A stretch of 64,000 nucleotides of DNA, from contig DAOUEB010000027.1 of NCBI GenBank assembly GCA_034430675.1, positions 650-64,649 of the forward strand, given 5' to 3'. The translations under genes were made by a program, and so were the position numbers. Shown here piece after piece: positions 52,217 through 60,526 of the stretch. Each line of letters starts with the position of its first letter. The first letter of the stretch is position 1. The notes beneath the pieces are model-generated. The model did no database searches and was not told the origin of the DNA. It worked only from the letters and a program-made list of their open reading frames with translations. Origin of the DNA: Dehalococcoidales bacterium. GTDB lineage: Bacteria; Chloroflexota; Dehalococcoidia; Dehalococcoidales; RBG-16-60-22.

Positions 52217-52663
52217 TTAACCGTACTCTTTTCCGGTTCCGACCGTGAAGTGAAAAATGGGCCTGTCCACTCTCCTGATAATCAGCGGGCAGTGCTTCAT
52301 CCCGGCTGGTACAAATGCCAGGAAACTCCTGGTCATGATGATTTTCTCGTCTTCCAGCCATAGCTCGACTTCACCGCCTAAATCATACAGGTCTTCGTAG
52401 TTGGTCCCGAAGAACGATACAACCTCGTCAAAAGAGTGCGAGTGAGTACCAACTGTGGCCTGCTCGGACCCCATCCCCGGCATGAACCAGACGCATTCCG
52501 TATAGAAGGCGCCGGGTATAACCTCGTCGTCGAGCCACATCACCCGGGTCGATTTTTCGGGAGGCCTCTGCTGCGCTTTTAAAGCGCCAATCCGGTATTG
52601 AGGAAGTTTCATATCATGTTTTATGTCGGTAACGATGTATTTAGCATGTTTTAATTCAGCCAC
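52217..52663 (-). CDS. cupin-like small protein, paralog 4
   Basis: 148 aa. GTG start with AAGGAGGA upstream. AELKHAKYIV, HSHSFDEVVSFFG, FVPAGMKHCPL. Confidence 0.75.
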   Translation of the reverse strand: MAELKHAKYIVTDIKHDMKLPQYRIGALKAQQRPPEKSTRVMWLDDEVIPGAFYTECVWFMPGMGSEQATVGTHSHSFDEVVSFFGTNYEDLYDLGGEVELWLEDEKIIMTRSFLAFVPAGMKHCPLIIRRVDRPIFHFTVGTGKEYG

Positions 52664-52820
52664 TTTTCCTAATCCTCCTTATTAAAATATAGCCGTTTAC
52701 CCTTCGGGGTTTCTGCCAGGCACGAGGACGTTACTCGTATATTTCATCGATGGCACCTGATAGTCGGAGTCAATTTAAACGTATGGCACACAGGCATGAA
52801 TAAATATCATACGCTCAGTA

Positions 52821-53321
52821 TTATTCCGCTTTTAGAGGGGGGCTTAGAGCCTGAAGGTCGGCCTCGATTCTCAGCGCGTTGGCCTGAAAGAGGTTGGATG
52901 GTATTACTTTGCCGTCTTTGAAGACAAGCCAGCTGGCCTGCTGCCAGTAGGGGCGAAATGCCCAGTCCTCACTCTCGGTCATATCAACCACGACATGCCA
53001 GGTGCTGGAACCGTCCTTAAAGTAGTCCGACTGCACCGTCCAGTTATCGCAGGTGGTATAGAAATCGGAAAGGTACATCTTGGCATCGTAACTCCCGGCC
53101 TCATCGAGCAGGTGCTGGTAGACCGCCAGTATGGCGGCATCTCTGGAGTTGACGGCCGTCGAGCTAACCGTCTTAACCGGCTCCGGTTCCGGCGTCTCCT
53201 GCGGCGTGGCGGAGGGGAACCCCATGCCTTCGCACGAGGTAAACGTCACGAGCAGTACTGCCAGCATAGCAATAATAAAGATGGATTGAAGTACTTTGTT
53301 CTTAACGGTGAAGTGTTTCAT
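52821..53321 (-). CDS. lipoprotein of unknown function
   Basis: 166 aa. Signal peptide ending LLVTFTSC (lipobox-like Cys). Confidence 0.6.
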   Translation of the reverse strand: MKHFTVKNKVLQSIFIIAMLAVLLVTFTSCEGMGFPSATPQETPEPEPVKTVSSTAVNSRDAAILAVYQHLLDEAGSYDAKMYLSDFYTTCDNWTVQSDYFKDGSSTWHVVVDMTESEDWAFRPYWQQASWLVFKDGKVIPSNLFQANALRIEADLQALSPPLKAE

Positions 53322-53417
53322 GGTATTACCTGCCTTTTAAAATAGCATACCACACCATGTAGGGAAGTACCAAATAAATCAAAGAGGAGGTTAACGTAAG
53401 AAGTTACTGGGGTTGGC

Positions 53418-54938
53418 CTATTCCGTCCTTCTCGGTCGATATTGGATGGCCTCGGCCACGTGGTGGGCTTTAATGATGTCTGAGTCCTCCAGGTCGGCGA
53501 TGGTGAGCGCCAGTTTGAGAACACGGTGGAAGGCGCGGGCGGAGAGGTAGAGCTGTTTCATGGCCGCCTTTAGCAGGCTCTGCGCCGCATCCTCTACATG
53601 ACATAACTCGCGTATCTCGGCGGGTGTCATCTCGGCGTTGCTGGTTAATCTCGTTCCTTTGAAACGTTCCAGCTGGCGGGCGCGGGCGGCGGTAACCCTG
53701 GCCTGCACCTTCTCAGATGGCTCTCCCAGTCGGTCATCCGTCAGCTTCTCGTAATCGATATGCGGCACTTCCACGAATATGTCCACGCGGTCGATAAACG
53801 GCCCGCTGATGCGTCTCTGGTAACGGGAGACCAGACTGGACGGGCAGGTGCATTTGTGGAACGGGTCGCCGTAGTAGCCGCAGGGGCATGGGTTCATGGC
53901 CCCCACCAGCATAAAGTTGGACGGGAAGGTGACCCTTCCCTGGGCGCGACTTATAGTAACGACCTTATCTTCGAGCGGCTGGCGCAGCACTTCGAGCAGT
54001 GAATGCCCGAACTCGGGCAGTTCGTCCAGGAAAAGTACGCCGCGGTGGCTGAGGCTTATCTCCCCCGGCTTGGGCCAGTGCCCTCCGCCCACCAGTCCTG
54101 CGTTGGAAATGGTGTAGTGGGGGGAGCGGAAGGGCCGCTGCCTGACCAGGGGGGTATCCGAGGGGAGCAGGCCGCTGACGCTGTAAATCTTGGTGACCTC
54201 CAGGGCTTCATTGTTGGTCATCGGTGGCAGTATGGAGGGCAGGGCGCGGGCCAACAAGGTCTTGCCGCTGCCCGGCGGCCCGCGCATTATCATGTTATGC
54301 CCTCCGGCGGCGGCCACCTCCAGCGCGCGCTTGACGTGTTCCTGTCCCTTGATATGTGCCAGGTCGGTGATATTCATCAGCGGCGAGTCACGGTCGGGAA
54401 TCTTTTGCGGTTTGTATTCCGGGGCCGGAATTTCTCCCTGTAGATAACCGACGAGCTGAGTCAATGAAGACATGGGTATGACCTTCACGCCCTCTATCAG
54501 GGATGCCTCGCCGGCGTCGGCCTCCGGCACGATGACATTGGGGATTTCTTCATCGTGGGCCAGGGCTACCAGCGGCAATACACCGTTGGTGTGGCGCAGG
54601 CCTCCGTCGAGGGACAGCTCTCCGAGCAACATGGTATCGGCAATATCGGCGCTGACCTGCTCGGAGCTCAGCAGGATACCGATGGCTATCGGCAGGTCGT
54701 AGGCAGGCCCCGCCTTTTTCAGGTCGGCCGGCGCCAGGTTGACGACGATGCGTTTCATGGGGAAGGTGCCGCCGGAGTTGCGTATAGCGGCGCGGACGCG
54801 CTCCTTGGCTTCCTGGACAGCGGCATCCGGCAGGCCGACGATGGTGAATGCGGGCAGGCCGGACGAAATGTCCACCTCTACTTCCACTAAAGCCCCGTCC
54901 AGCCCCACGATGGCGCCGCTTGTTACTTTGGCCAGCAT
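53418..54938 (-). CDS. comM: YifB/ComM-family Mg-chelatase-like AAA+ ATPase
   Basis: ORF track 53418-54962. ATG 54938 (MLAKVTSGAIVG) is preferred, with AAGGAAAT upstream. Lon-like N-terminal domain, Walker A MRGPPGSGKTLLA, Walker B VLFLDELPEF. Confidence 0.92.
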   Translation of the reverse strand: MLAKVTSGAIVGLDGALVEVEVDISSGLPAFTIVGLPDAAVQEAKERVRAAIRNSGGTFPMKRIVVNLAPADLKKAGPAYDLPIAIGILLSSEQVSADIADTMLLGELSLDGGLRHTNGVLPLVALAHDEEIPNVIVPEADAGEASLIEGVKVIPMSSLTQLVGYLQGEIPAPEYKPQKIPDRDSPLMNITDLAHIKGQEHVKRALEVAAAGGHNMIMRGPPGSGKTLLARALPSILPPMTNNEALEVTKIYSVSGLLPSDTPLVRQRPFRSPHYTISNAGLVGGGHWPKPGEISLSHRGVLFLDELPEFGHSLLEVLRQPLEDKVVTISRAQGRVTFPSNFMLVGAMNPCPCGYYGDPFHKCTCPSSLVSRYQRRISGPFIDRVDIFVEVPHIDYEKLTDDRLGEPSEKVQARVTAARARQLERFKGTRLTSNAEMTPAEIRELCHVEDAAQSLLKAAMKQLYLSARAFHRVLKLALTIADLEDSDIIKAHHVAEAIQYRPRRTE

Positions 54939-54970
54939 AGAATGATTTCCTTTGTGTCTCATTGTAGCTT

Positions 54971-55112
54971 AAAGGGGTGGGGGGACGCAAAACCTCCTCC
55001 GTCATTGCGAGTCCTCACGCTACGCTCAGGATAAACTCCGTGAAGCAATCTCTACTCATTGTCATTCCAGCGCAGGCTGGAATCCAGTTCTCCCACCCCT
55101 CTTAGACGCCCC
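54971..55112. repeat. cluster of mosaic repeat modules (family copies)
   Basis: AAAGGGGTGGGGGGA (cf. 32649). GTCATTGCGAGTCCTCACGCTACGCTCAGGATAAACTCCGTGAAGCAATCTCT at 55001-55052 (cf. 36443-36494). TTGTCATTCCAGCGCAGGCTGGAATCCAGT at 55059-55088 (cf. 57401-57430). ACCCCTCTTAGACGCCCC at 55095-55112 (reverse of GGGGYGTMTAAGAGGGG at 32562 and 57965). Confidence 0.6.
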
Positions 55113-55205
55113 ATGGGTAGGGTAGCGAATAACTGCGTGATAAGCCGTAGATGCTGTGAGGGTGTCAGGATGGGAAAAGATAATATGGAGGTTGGCGGGG
55201 CAGGG

Positions 55206-55370
55206 TTACCCACCTGTGAGCACCTCCCTTACCTCACCGGCATATTCCTCGCCCTCTTTATCGCCGGTGACGAGCTCAATCTGGTCGGCCGAGGTAACTC
55301 CCAGCCCCGGCTCCGCCGCCCGCGCAATCTGGTCCTGCTCGAAAATTTTAATTACTGAATTATAAACTAT
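55206..55370 (-). pseudogene. possible 3' gene remnant (C-terminal fragment, DUF362-like ending)
   Basis: Reverse-strand open frame IKIFEQDQIARAAEPGLGVTSADQIELVTGDKEGEEYAGEVREVLTGG with no ATG/GTG/TTG start, bounded upstream by a stop. The motif A..GLG....IE.v.G recalls DUF362 C-termini (from memory only). Confidence 0.25.
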
Positions 55371-56116
55371 CTAATTCTTTTCTGCACCTCGGCCCATGAC
55401 GGCGTGATGAGGAAGCTCTCTTCCATGTTATCTATCATTCTGGTGAACTTGCTTATGGGCGCAGCGAAGGTCAGCATGTCCCTGGGAACGAAAGGACGCG
55501 CCGAAACATCGAACATACCGATGACTCCCCGGGGATTCCGGGATTTTATCTCCAGGTAAGGGTACTGCACGATGGTAGAGCAGCCGGAGCCGAACGGGGC
55601 GATGACCATGTCCTGCTCCGCTTCGTCGAAGCTGGCCAGATTGAAAAGTCCGGAAAGGACATCCGGCCTGGCGAAGGAGATGACGACCTCCGGATTGTCA
55701 TCTTGTTGCAGCTTGTCCCACCTCTTGAAGACGATAAAGCGGCCGGGGGCTTTCATTACGGGCGAGTGCTTCGCCATGTACTCTTTGACTATCTCCGGCG
55801 TTTTCTTGTAACGCTCGCCTTCCAGCTTGCCGGGGATACCGCAGGAGAGGAAGTACTCGAAGTCGGGCATGATTTCTTCCGCAAAGCCGAGGTATCTCTT
55901 ACCTCCGGGGCAGCCTACGGCGTCGGCATCGAAACAGAGCGGCTGACCTTCCTGCGCTTTAGCCAGCGCTCCGATGACGCACCGGGGCACCGAGCCGGGC
56001 TTGACCGCTTCGGCATGGCCTTCTTCATCGGTGTAATAGAAGGTGATGGGCAGTTCGGCATCGTTAAAGTATTTCTTCCAGAGAGTCAGAGATTTCTCCT
56101 TAATAGCTGCTTCCAT
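55367..56116 (-). CDS. DUF169-like protein (COG2043 type)
   Basis: 249 aa. Recognised by overall resemblance (ITFYYTDE..., CPGGKRYLGF, GSGCSTIV) to DUF169 family members. Assignment is from memory. Confidence 0.6.
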   Translation of the reverse strand: MEAAIKEKSLTLWKKYFNDAELPITFYYTDEEGHAEAVKPGSVPRCVIGALAKAQEGQPLCFDADAVGCPGGKRYLGFAEEIMPDFEYFLSCGIPGKLEGERYKKTPEIVKEYMAKHSPVMKAPGRFIVFKRWDKLQQDDNPEVVISFARPDVLSGLFNLASFDEAEQDMVIAPFGSGCSTIVQYPYLEIKSRNPRGVIGMFDVSARPFVPRDMLTFAAPISKFTRMIDNMEESFLITPSWAEVQKRIR

Positions 56117-56325
56117 TATAATTGCCTCCTGTTATTTAGAAAGACAGATAGCAGGCACACACCGATTCAATAATAGCAAAAAGTAGGGGTAAGGTCTAAC
56201 TTCTAATTAGCAGGCGATTTTTCGATCCTCTGACGACAACGTAATATATTGATCCAATTGAAATTAGAGACCATATTGTGTTTAACTAAGAGTAACTCTG
56301 AGGAAATATAAGGAAGGAAATACAA

Positions 56326-56778
56326 ATGACTGAAACAAAATATGGGAAATATTTCTTAAAAGAGCCCTGGGGAATAATTCACCCGGGTTCTGACCCCCAG
56401 GCGCCGGTATATATAGGGATCGGGCAGAAGGCTCCCGTAGAAGGGTGGGATGAGCCTCTGGTACAGGTCCTGCGCCCCATTTATAGACCCTTCAAAATGA
56501 TACCTGAAGGGCATAGGCATGCCGTTGCCGAAATCCTGTATTTTATTGGTGGCGACCCTATGAATTTCAAAGAATTCGGGGCTGAGGTCGAGTTCGTAAT
56601 GGGTGAGGGTGAGGAAGCAGAAACTCATATTATCACAACTACCACATGGGTGTATGTTCCGGGGAACGTGCTGCATTGCCCTCTAGATTTTAAGAAGGTG
56701 GATAAACCGATTATGTTCGGGCATATTATGTTTGCACCCACTTTTGACTCAACCATTGTCGGCAAAAAGCCTTTTTAA
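56326..56778 (+). CDS. cupin-like small protein, paralog 5
   Basis: 150 aa. MTETKYGKYFL, HRHAVAEILYFIG, YVPGNVLHCPL. Confidence 0.7.
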   Translation: MTETKYGKYFLKEPWGIIHPGSDPQAPVYIGIGQKAPVEGWDEPLVQVLRPIYRPFKMIPEGHRHAVAEILYFIGGDPMNFKEFGAEVEFVMGEGEEAETHIITTTTWVYVPGNVLHCPLDFKKVDKPIMFGHIMFAPTFDSTIVGKKPF

Positions 56779-56800
56779 GGAGTGAATGTCGTCAAGTTTT

Positions 56801-57238
56801 CTACTCTTTCCTCTTGTACTCCGGGGAAAAGAAGAGGTCGTGGAAAAGGATTGGCTTTTTGGGGTCATTAATTTTCTTGAAGTTGAGCGGGCAGTGGTAT
56901 AGGCCGGCGGGGACGAATACTGTTGTGGCCTCGGTAATGACGAACTTCTCCAGGTTTTTACCGTCCAGACTCAGGGTCAGTTCCACCTCTCCGCCCAGGT
57001 CGGGCATGTTGGTGAGGTCTCCCCCCACGAAAATCAGGAACTGGTCGAAGTCGTGGGCATGGCACTCCGATACCATTTCGAAGGGTTCGGTAATGGCCCA
57101 CCAGCTCATCGAGAAGTCCCGGTTGCCGAAGCCTTCGTTGCTGTGCAGACCCAGGCGCGGCGCGGAAACCTCGGGGTGGGGTGTTTCTCCGGCCACGACG
57201 CCTTTTCTGAAATATTTCTCCAGTTCTGCTTTTGACAT
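56801..57238 (-). CDS. cupin-like small protein, paralog 6
   Basis: 145 aa. HAHDFDQFLIFVG, GGEVELTL, FVPAGLYHCPL. Convergent with paralog 5 (22-nt gap). Confidence 0.7.
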   Translation of the reverse strand: MSKAELEKYFRKGVVAGETPHPEVSAPRLGLHSNEGFGNRDFSMSWWAITEPFEMVSECHAHDFDQFLIFVGGDLTNMPDLGGEVELTLSLDGKNLEKFVITEATTVFVPAGLYHCPLNFKKINDPKKPILFHDLFFSPEYKRKE

Positions 57239-57401
57239 AAAGTTGTCTCCTTTCTGAACTTATTTTCCTGGGAATATATCGTTAGTATACTTTTGTATCC
57301 GTATTTATTCAAGAGGCCTGTTGCCGGTACTTAGCCGAGTCGTATCTTTTCCAAGCGGTCTCCTTTCGTTCTATATGCGCGAGTGTTTATTAATGGTTTA
57401 T

Positions 57402-57475
57402 TGTCATTCCAGCGAAAGCGGGAATCCAGTGGGGGAGTGGTGGCTTGGATTCCCGGGTCAAGCCCGAGAATGACA
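57402..57475. repeat. short MITE-like element with 8-bp TIRs TGTCATTC / GAATGACA and nested GGGAATCC / GGATTCCC inverted repeat
   Basis: TIRs at 57402-57409 and 57468-57475. The first 30 nt match 55059-55088 at all but three positions. Confidence 0.55.
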
Positions 57476-57489
57476 TTATTAAATAATTG

Positions 57490-57903
57490 CTATGTACTGG
57501 CTTTTATGCGGGCTTTGAGCTCCAGATAGAATTCCTCGGGGTCTTTGCCGATGGATAGCTCTTCCATGGGGCACATGCCCTGGCCGTCGGGTCGTTGAAT
57601 GTAGGGGACGGTCGTAGTGAGGTGGTACTTGATGCCGTGGCTGTCCAGGGTCCTGACGGCGAGCTCGCTGCCCAGGGGACTGTAGACCTCCCGGCAGTTT
57701 ACCTTGACCGCGAGCAGGGCGGCGGCATTGCCCATGATTTTGTCGTAAATGATGACCGGCCCGCCCCCCGCTTGGTGCGCGGCGATGTACTCCATCAGGG
57801 GCAGCAGCCGGTCTTTTTTCGAGCTGAAGACCAGCGTTTCACCGCCGTATATCCGCAGCGTGTCATCGCTGGTCAGGAAATCGTTGTAGAGGTCTTTAGA
57901 CAT
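57490..57903 (-). CDS. DUF1893-like protein (TM1506 type)
   Basis: 137 aa. Patterns YDKIMGNAAALLAV and GMCPMEE are as recalled for DUF1893. Assignment is from memory. Confidence 0.55.
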   Translation of the reverse strand: MSKDLYNDFLTSDDTLRIYGGETLVFSSKKDRLLPLMEYIAAHQAGGGPVIIYDKIMGNAAALLAVKVNCREVYSPLGSELAVRTLDSHGIKYHLTTTVPYIQRPDGQGMCPMEELSIGKDPEEFYLELKARIKAST

Positions 57904-57954
57904 GGTCTATTAATTATGATATCTGGCCTTAAATGAAATGTCAAAAACGACGGA

Positions 57955-58149
57955 TTGTCATTCCGGGGTGTCTAAGAGGGGCTTCAGCCCCTCTTCCTTA
58001 TCCATCCCCCTCTTCTTGATAGGAGAGGCCTGCCTGCGCGTAGCCTGCTTGTGCTAAAGCTTCAGCGAAGGCAAGCCGCTCTCGCCTGCCGAAGCCTCGT
58101 GCGGCGGGCAGGCGCTTCGGCGAAGGCAGGGGGACACAGGGGGTGAGGT
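57955..58149. repeat. composite GC-rich hairpin repeat (longest family copy)
   Basis: TTGTCATTCC, GGGGTGTCTAAGAGGGGCTTCAGCCCCTCTT, CTCTCGCCTGCCGAAG (58079-58094) and GGGGGACACAGGGGGTGAGGT (58129-58149). Same module order as 12333-12448. Confidence 0.55.
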
Positions 58150-58230
58150 AGATATGTTACCGAATGTTGACAGGCTTACCTGTATGGGTATATCTTGAGG
58201 GTGCAAAAGAGAGCGCGTAAAGAGGTAACG

Positions 58231-58533
58231 ATGGGCTTTATTTCTTTTCTTAAGAAGATATTCGTCGGTTCCGATGCTGATGATGCCGAGTTGCGGGCGG
58301 CCAGGGCCAGGCATGGCATTGACATAGATGATAAGGGCGGTGAAGGGGAGGATAAAAAAGAGCGGGAGCCTTACGACGCCTGGGACGAGATAAGGAACAT
58401 GCGCACCAATTTTTTCCTGGGGAGCTGGGTTAATAAGAAATTCCGGCCGATTGGCCAGGAAAAGGTGAAGAAAGAGCTGGCGGACCTGGAGAAGAAGCGG
58501 GAAGAGGAGAGGAAGCAGAAGGAGGAGGGGTAG
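58231..58533 (+). CDS. small K/E-rich hypothetical protein
   Basis: ORF track 58195-58533. ATG 58231 is preferred (AGAGG upstream). MGFISFLKKIFVGSDADD... with a charged C-terminal tail KKELADLEKKREEERKQKEEG. Confidence 0.4.
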   Translation: MGFISFLKKIFVGSDADDAELRAARARHGIDIDDKGGEGEDKKEREPYDAWDEIRNMRTNFFLGSWVNKKFRPIGQEKVKKELADLEKKREEERKQKEEG

Positions 58534-58546
58534 GGGGGGTGATAAT

Positions 58547-58797
58547 TTATAATAATTGAGCACTTGGTACTAGTGAAGGTATTTCATCCCCAGTGCGACC
58601 ATCAAGTTCTCGCCCCGTCTTTTTCTTGTTTATCCCCCCCATTGCTTAAAGGAAAATGGCACTTTATTTGCTTGGCACTGGTTACGAATATCAAGTGCCC
58701 AGTTCTTTTTCATTGGTCTGGATTTTGGGCCAGACTCTCCGCCAACAATGACCCAGTCTATTCCTTTTAATTGAAGGTCTGAAATAGGGCCGAGAAG
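58547..58797 (-). pseudogene. truncated and frameshifted DUF5131 (phage Gp37/Gp68-family) gene remnant
   Basis: The reverse strand reads [56 protein letters not shown]. After a frame change in a 7-nt G run (plus-strand C7 at 58634-58640) it continues [19 protein letters not shown]. In-frame stops lie directly upstream, so about two thirds of the gene is missing. Confidence 0.6.
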
Positions 58798-59259
58798 CAG
58801 TTTCTACTACCAGCCAGATTACCTGCTCGAAGGATATCAACGCGCCCTGTCAATTGGAGGGTTCGGGCGTTACTTCATCGCGCTTCTGCCGGCTGACGGC
58901 ATTGACAACCCGAATGGTGCTGGTGTAAATTAGGCTAATATATCATATATGGAATCATAGAAAGATTTATCAGCATATGCCTTAGAATGTCTCACGCTGG
59001 CTCACGACGATAGCTTTTGTCAATAGGAGTACGGTAACGCACATGTTCTGGGTGATAAAGCTGGTAGCTGCTGGCTCTCTCAGATGAAAGGAGGTGCGCC
59101 TTTCCGAGATAACTTCACGGATGACTGAATATCTGAATAGTGGCAGGACCTCTTTACCTGAATCAGGCGAGTAATTATACCTGATTAACCAGGAAAACGA
59201 GTACCGCCACGTTATCATAAGTCAGTCACTGAATTTAATGATGGAGGAGGTAATACAGT

Positions 59260-60312
59260 ATGAAAAGGATACTATTCTTGCTTTCCACTTTTGTGATTGT
59301 CACCTCGGTGCTTCTTAGTTTGGTTGTCTCGTGTGCCGAGCCAGAACCGGAGCCAGCTCCGGCCCCGGCTCCCGCCCCGGCGCCGAAAGAACCGGTTATC
59401 TTGAGGCTGACTATCCCCACGCCTGCCGGTGATAAGCTCACCGTCAATGCTGAAGAGCTTGGGCAGAGATTCAGCGACCGTACCGATGGCGCCTACCAGA
59501 TAAAGGTATACCCCGGCGAACAACTGGTGAAAGTACCGGAGACCATGGACGCCGTCAGGACGGGCGCCGTCGAGATGGCCTCGATAGGATTGGGCATTTT
59601 CGCCGGCCTCGACCCCGGGCTTGCCGAAGTACCCATGTTATACAATAACGTCCGGGCAAATGCCGCCGCCTGCAGGCCGTCAATGGAGCTGTATAACGAG
59701 ATACTCATGGGGAAAATGAACCAGATAGGGCTGGCCGCCTATACCACCGGCGCCCAGGAGATGATCTCCAAAAAACCGGTGAAGACCCTTGAGGACTGGG
59801 AAGGACTGCTGATTGGAGCTACTAATCCGGAGGGTGCCGCCCTGTCAACCAGTCTCGGCGCTTCTCCCGTGGTTATTATGTGGACCGAATGTTACTCGAA
59901 CCTGGAGAAGGGCGTCGTCGATGCCGTACTCACCTCAACCCAGTGGACGATTATATCGGGACTGGCTGATGTTGCTGATTATGTGACGATGTTCTATGCC
60001 TCCCCTACCTTTAACACGTACCTTCTGAACCTGGACGTCTGGAATGAGATGCCGAAGGACGTACAGGATATCCTGATTGAGGAAGCGTGGCGAGTGTCCG
60101 ATGAGATGTCCGCCGTCCACATCAATCTGGAGGAAGAGGACAAAGATACGCTCACCTCTCTGGGGATAGAGGTCTATACCGTACCCAAGGCAGAACGCGA
60201 TAAATGGGTAGCAGCGGTCAAGTCGTATGTTGATGAGAAACTTGCCAGTCTGGGTGATTTCGGCGCGAAAATCCGGCAAATTGCCGAGAAGGCAAACGCT
60301 GATAATCCGTAA
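59260..60312 (+). CDS. TRAP transporter substrate-binding protein (DctP family), lipoprotein form
   Basis: 350 aa. Signal peptide with lipobox LVVSC, an EPEPEPAPAPAPAPAPK linker, then a DctP-like domain (YQIKVYPGEQLVKVPETMDAVRTGAVEMA). Confidence 0.85.
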   Translation: MKRILFLLSTFVIVTSVLLSLVVSCAEPEPEPAPAPAPAPAPKEPVILRLTIPTPAGDKLTVNAEELGQRFSDRTDGAYQIKVYPGEQLVKVPETMDAVRTGAVEMASIGLGIFAGLDPGLAEVPMLYNNVRANAAACRPSMELYNEILMGKMNQIGLAAYTTGAQEMISKKPVKTLEDWEGLLIGATNPEGAALSTSLGASPVVIMWTECYSNLEKGVVDAVLTSTQWTIISGLADVADYVTMFYASPTFNTYLLNLDVWNEMPKDVQDILIEEAWRVSDEMSAVHINLEEEDKDTLTSLGIEVYTVPKAERDKWVAAVKSYVDEKLASLGDFGAKIRQIAEKANADNP

Positions 60313-60526
60313 TCCGTACCGGTAAAGTACGGTAGATTCACTTTATAAGTACGATACACCGAAGCTGAGTGTTCCTCGGCATGAATAAATGTGTCCTGAG
60401 CAGTCTTTCTCTCGAAAGGAATCCTGGGAGATGTTTGCCCTCTTTGCAGGGTGCGCCGGATAACCGTCAGCGGTAGTCAACCTGGCAGGCGGTGGCTTCA
60501 GGCAACTCTGGTAGTATGAGGAGGTC

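Noticed and set aside
58564-58770. 68-aa plus-strand ORF and the 78-aa minus-strand ORF at 58982-59218
   Set aside because: The first is antisense to the recognisable DUF5131 remnant. The second has no SD or motif and lies in the degraded ORF-poor stretch. Neither is called as a gene.
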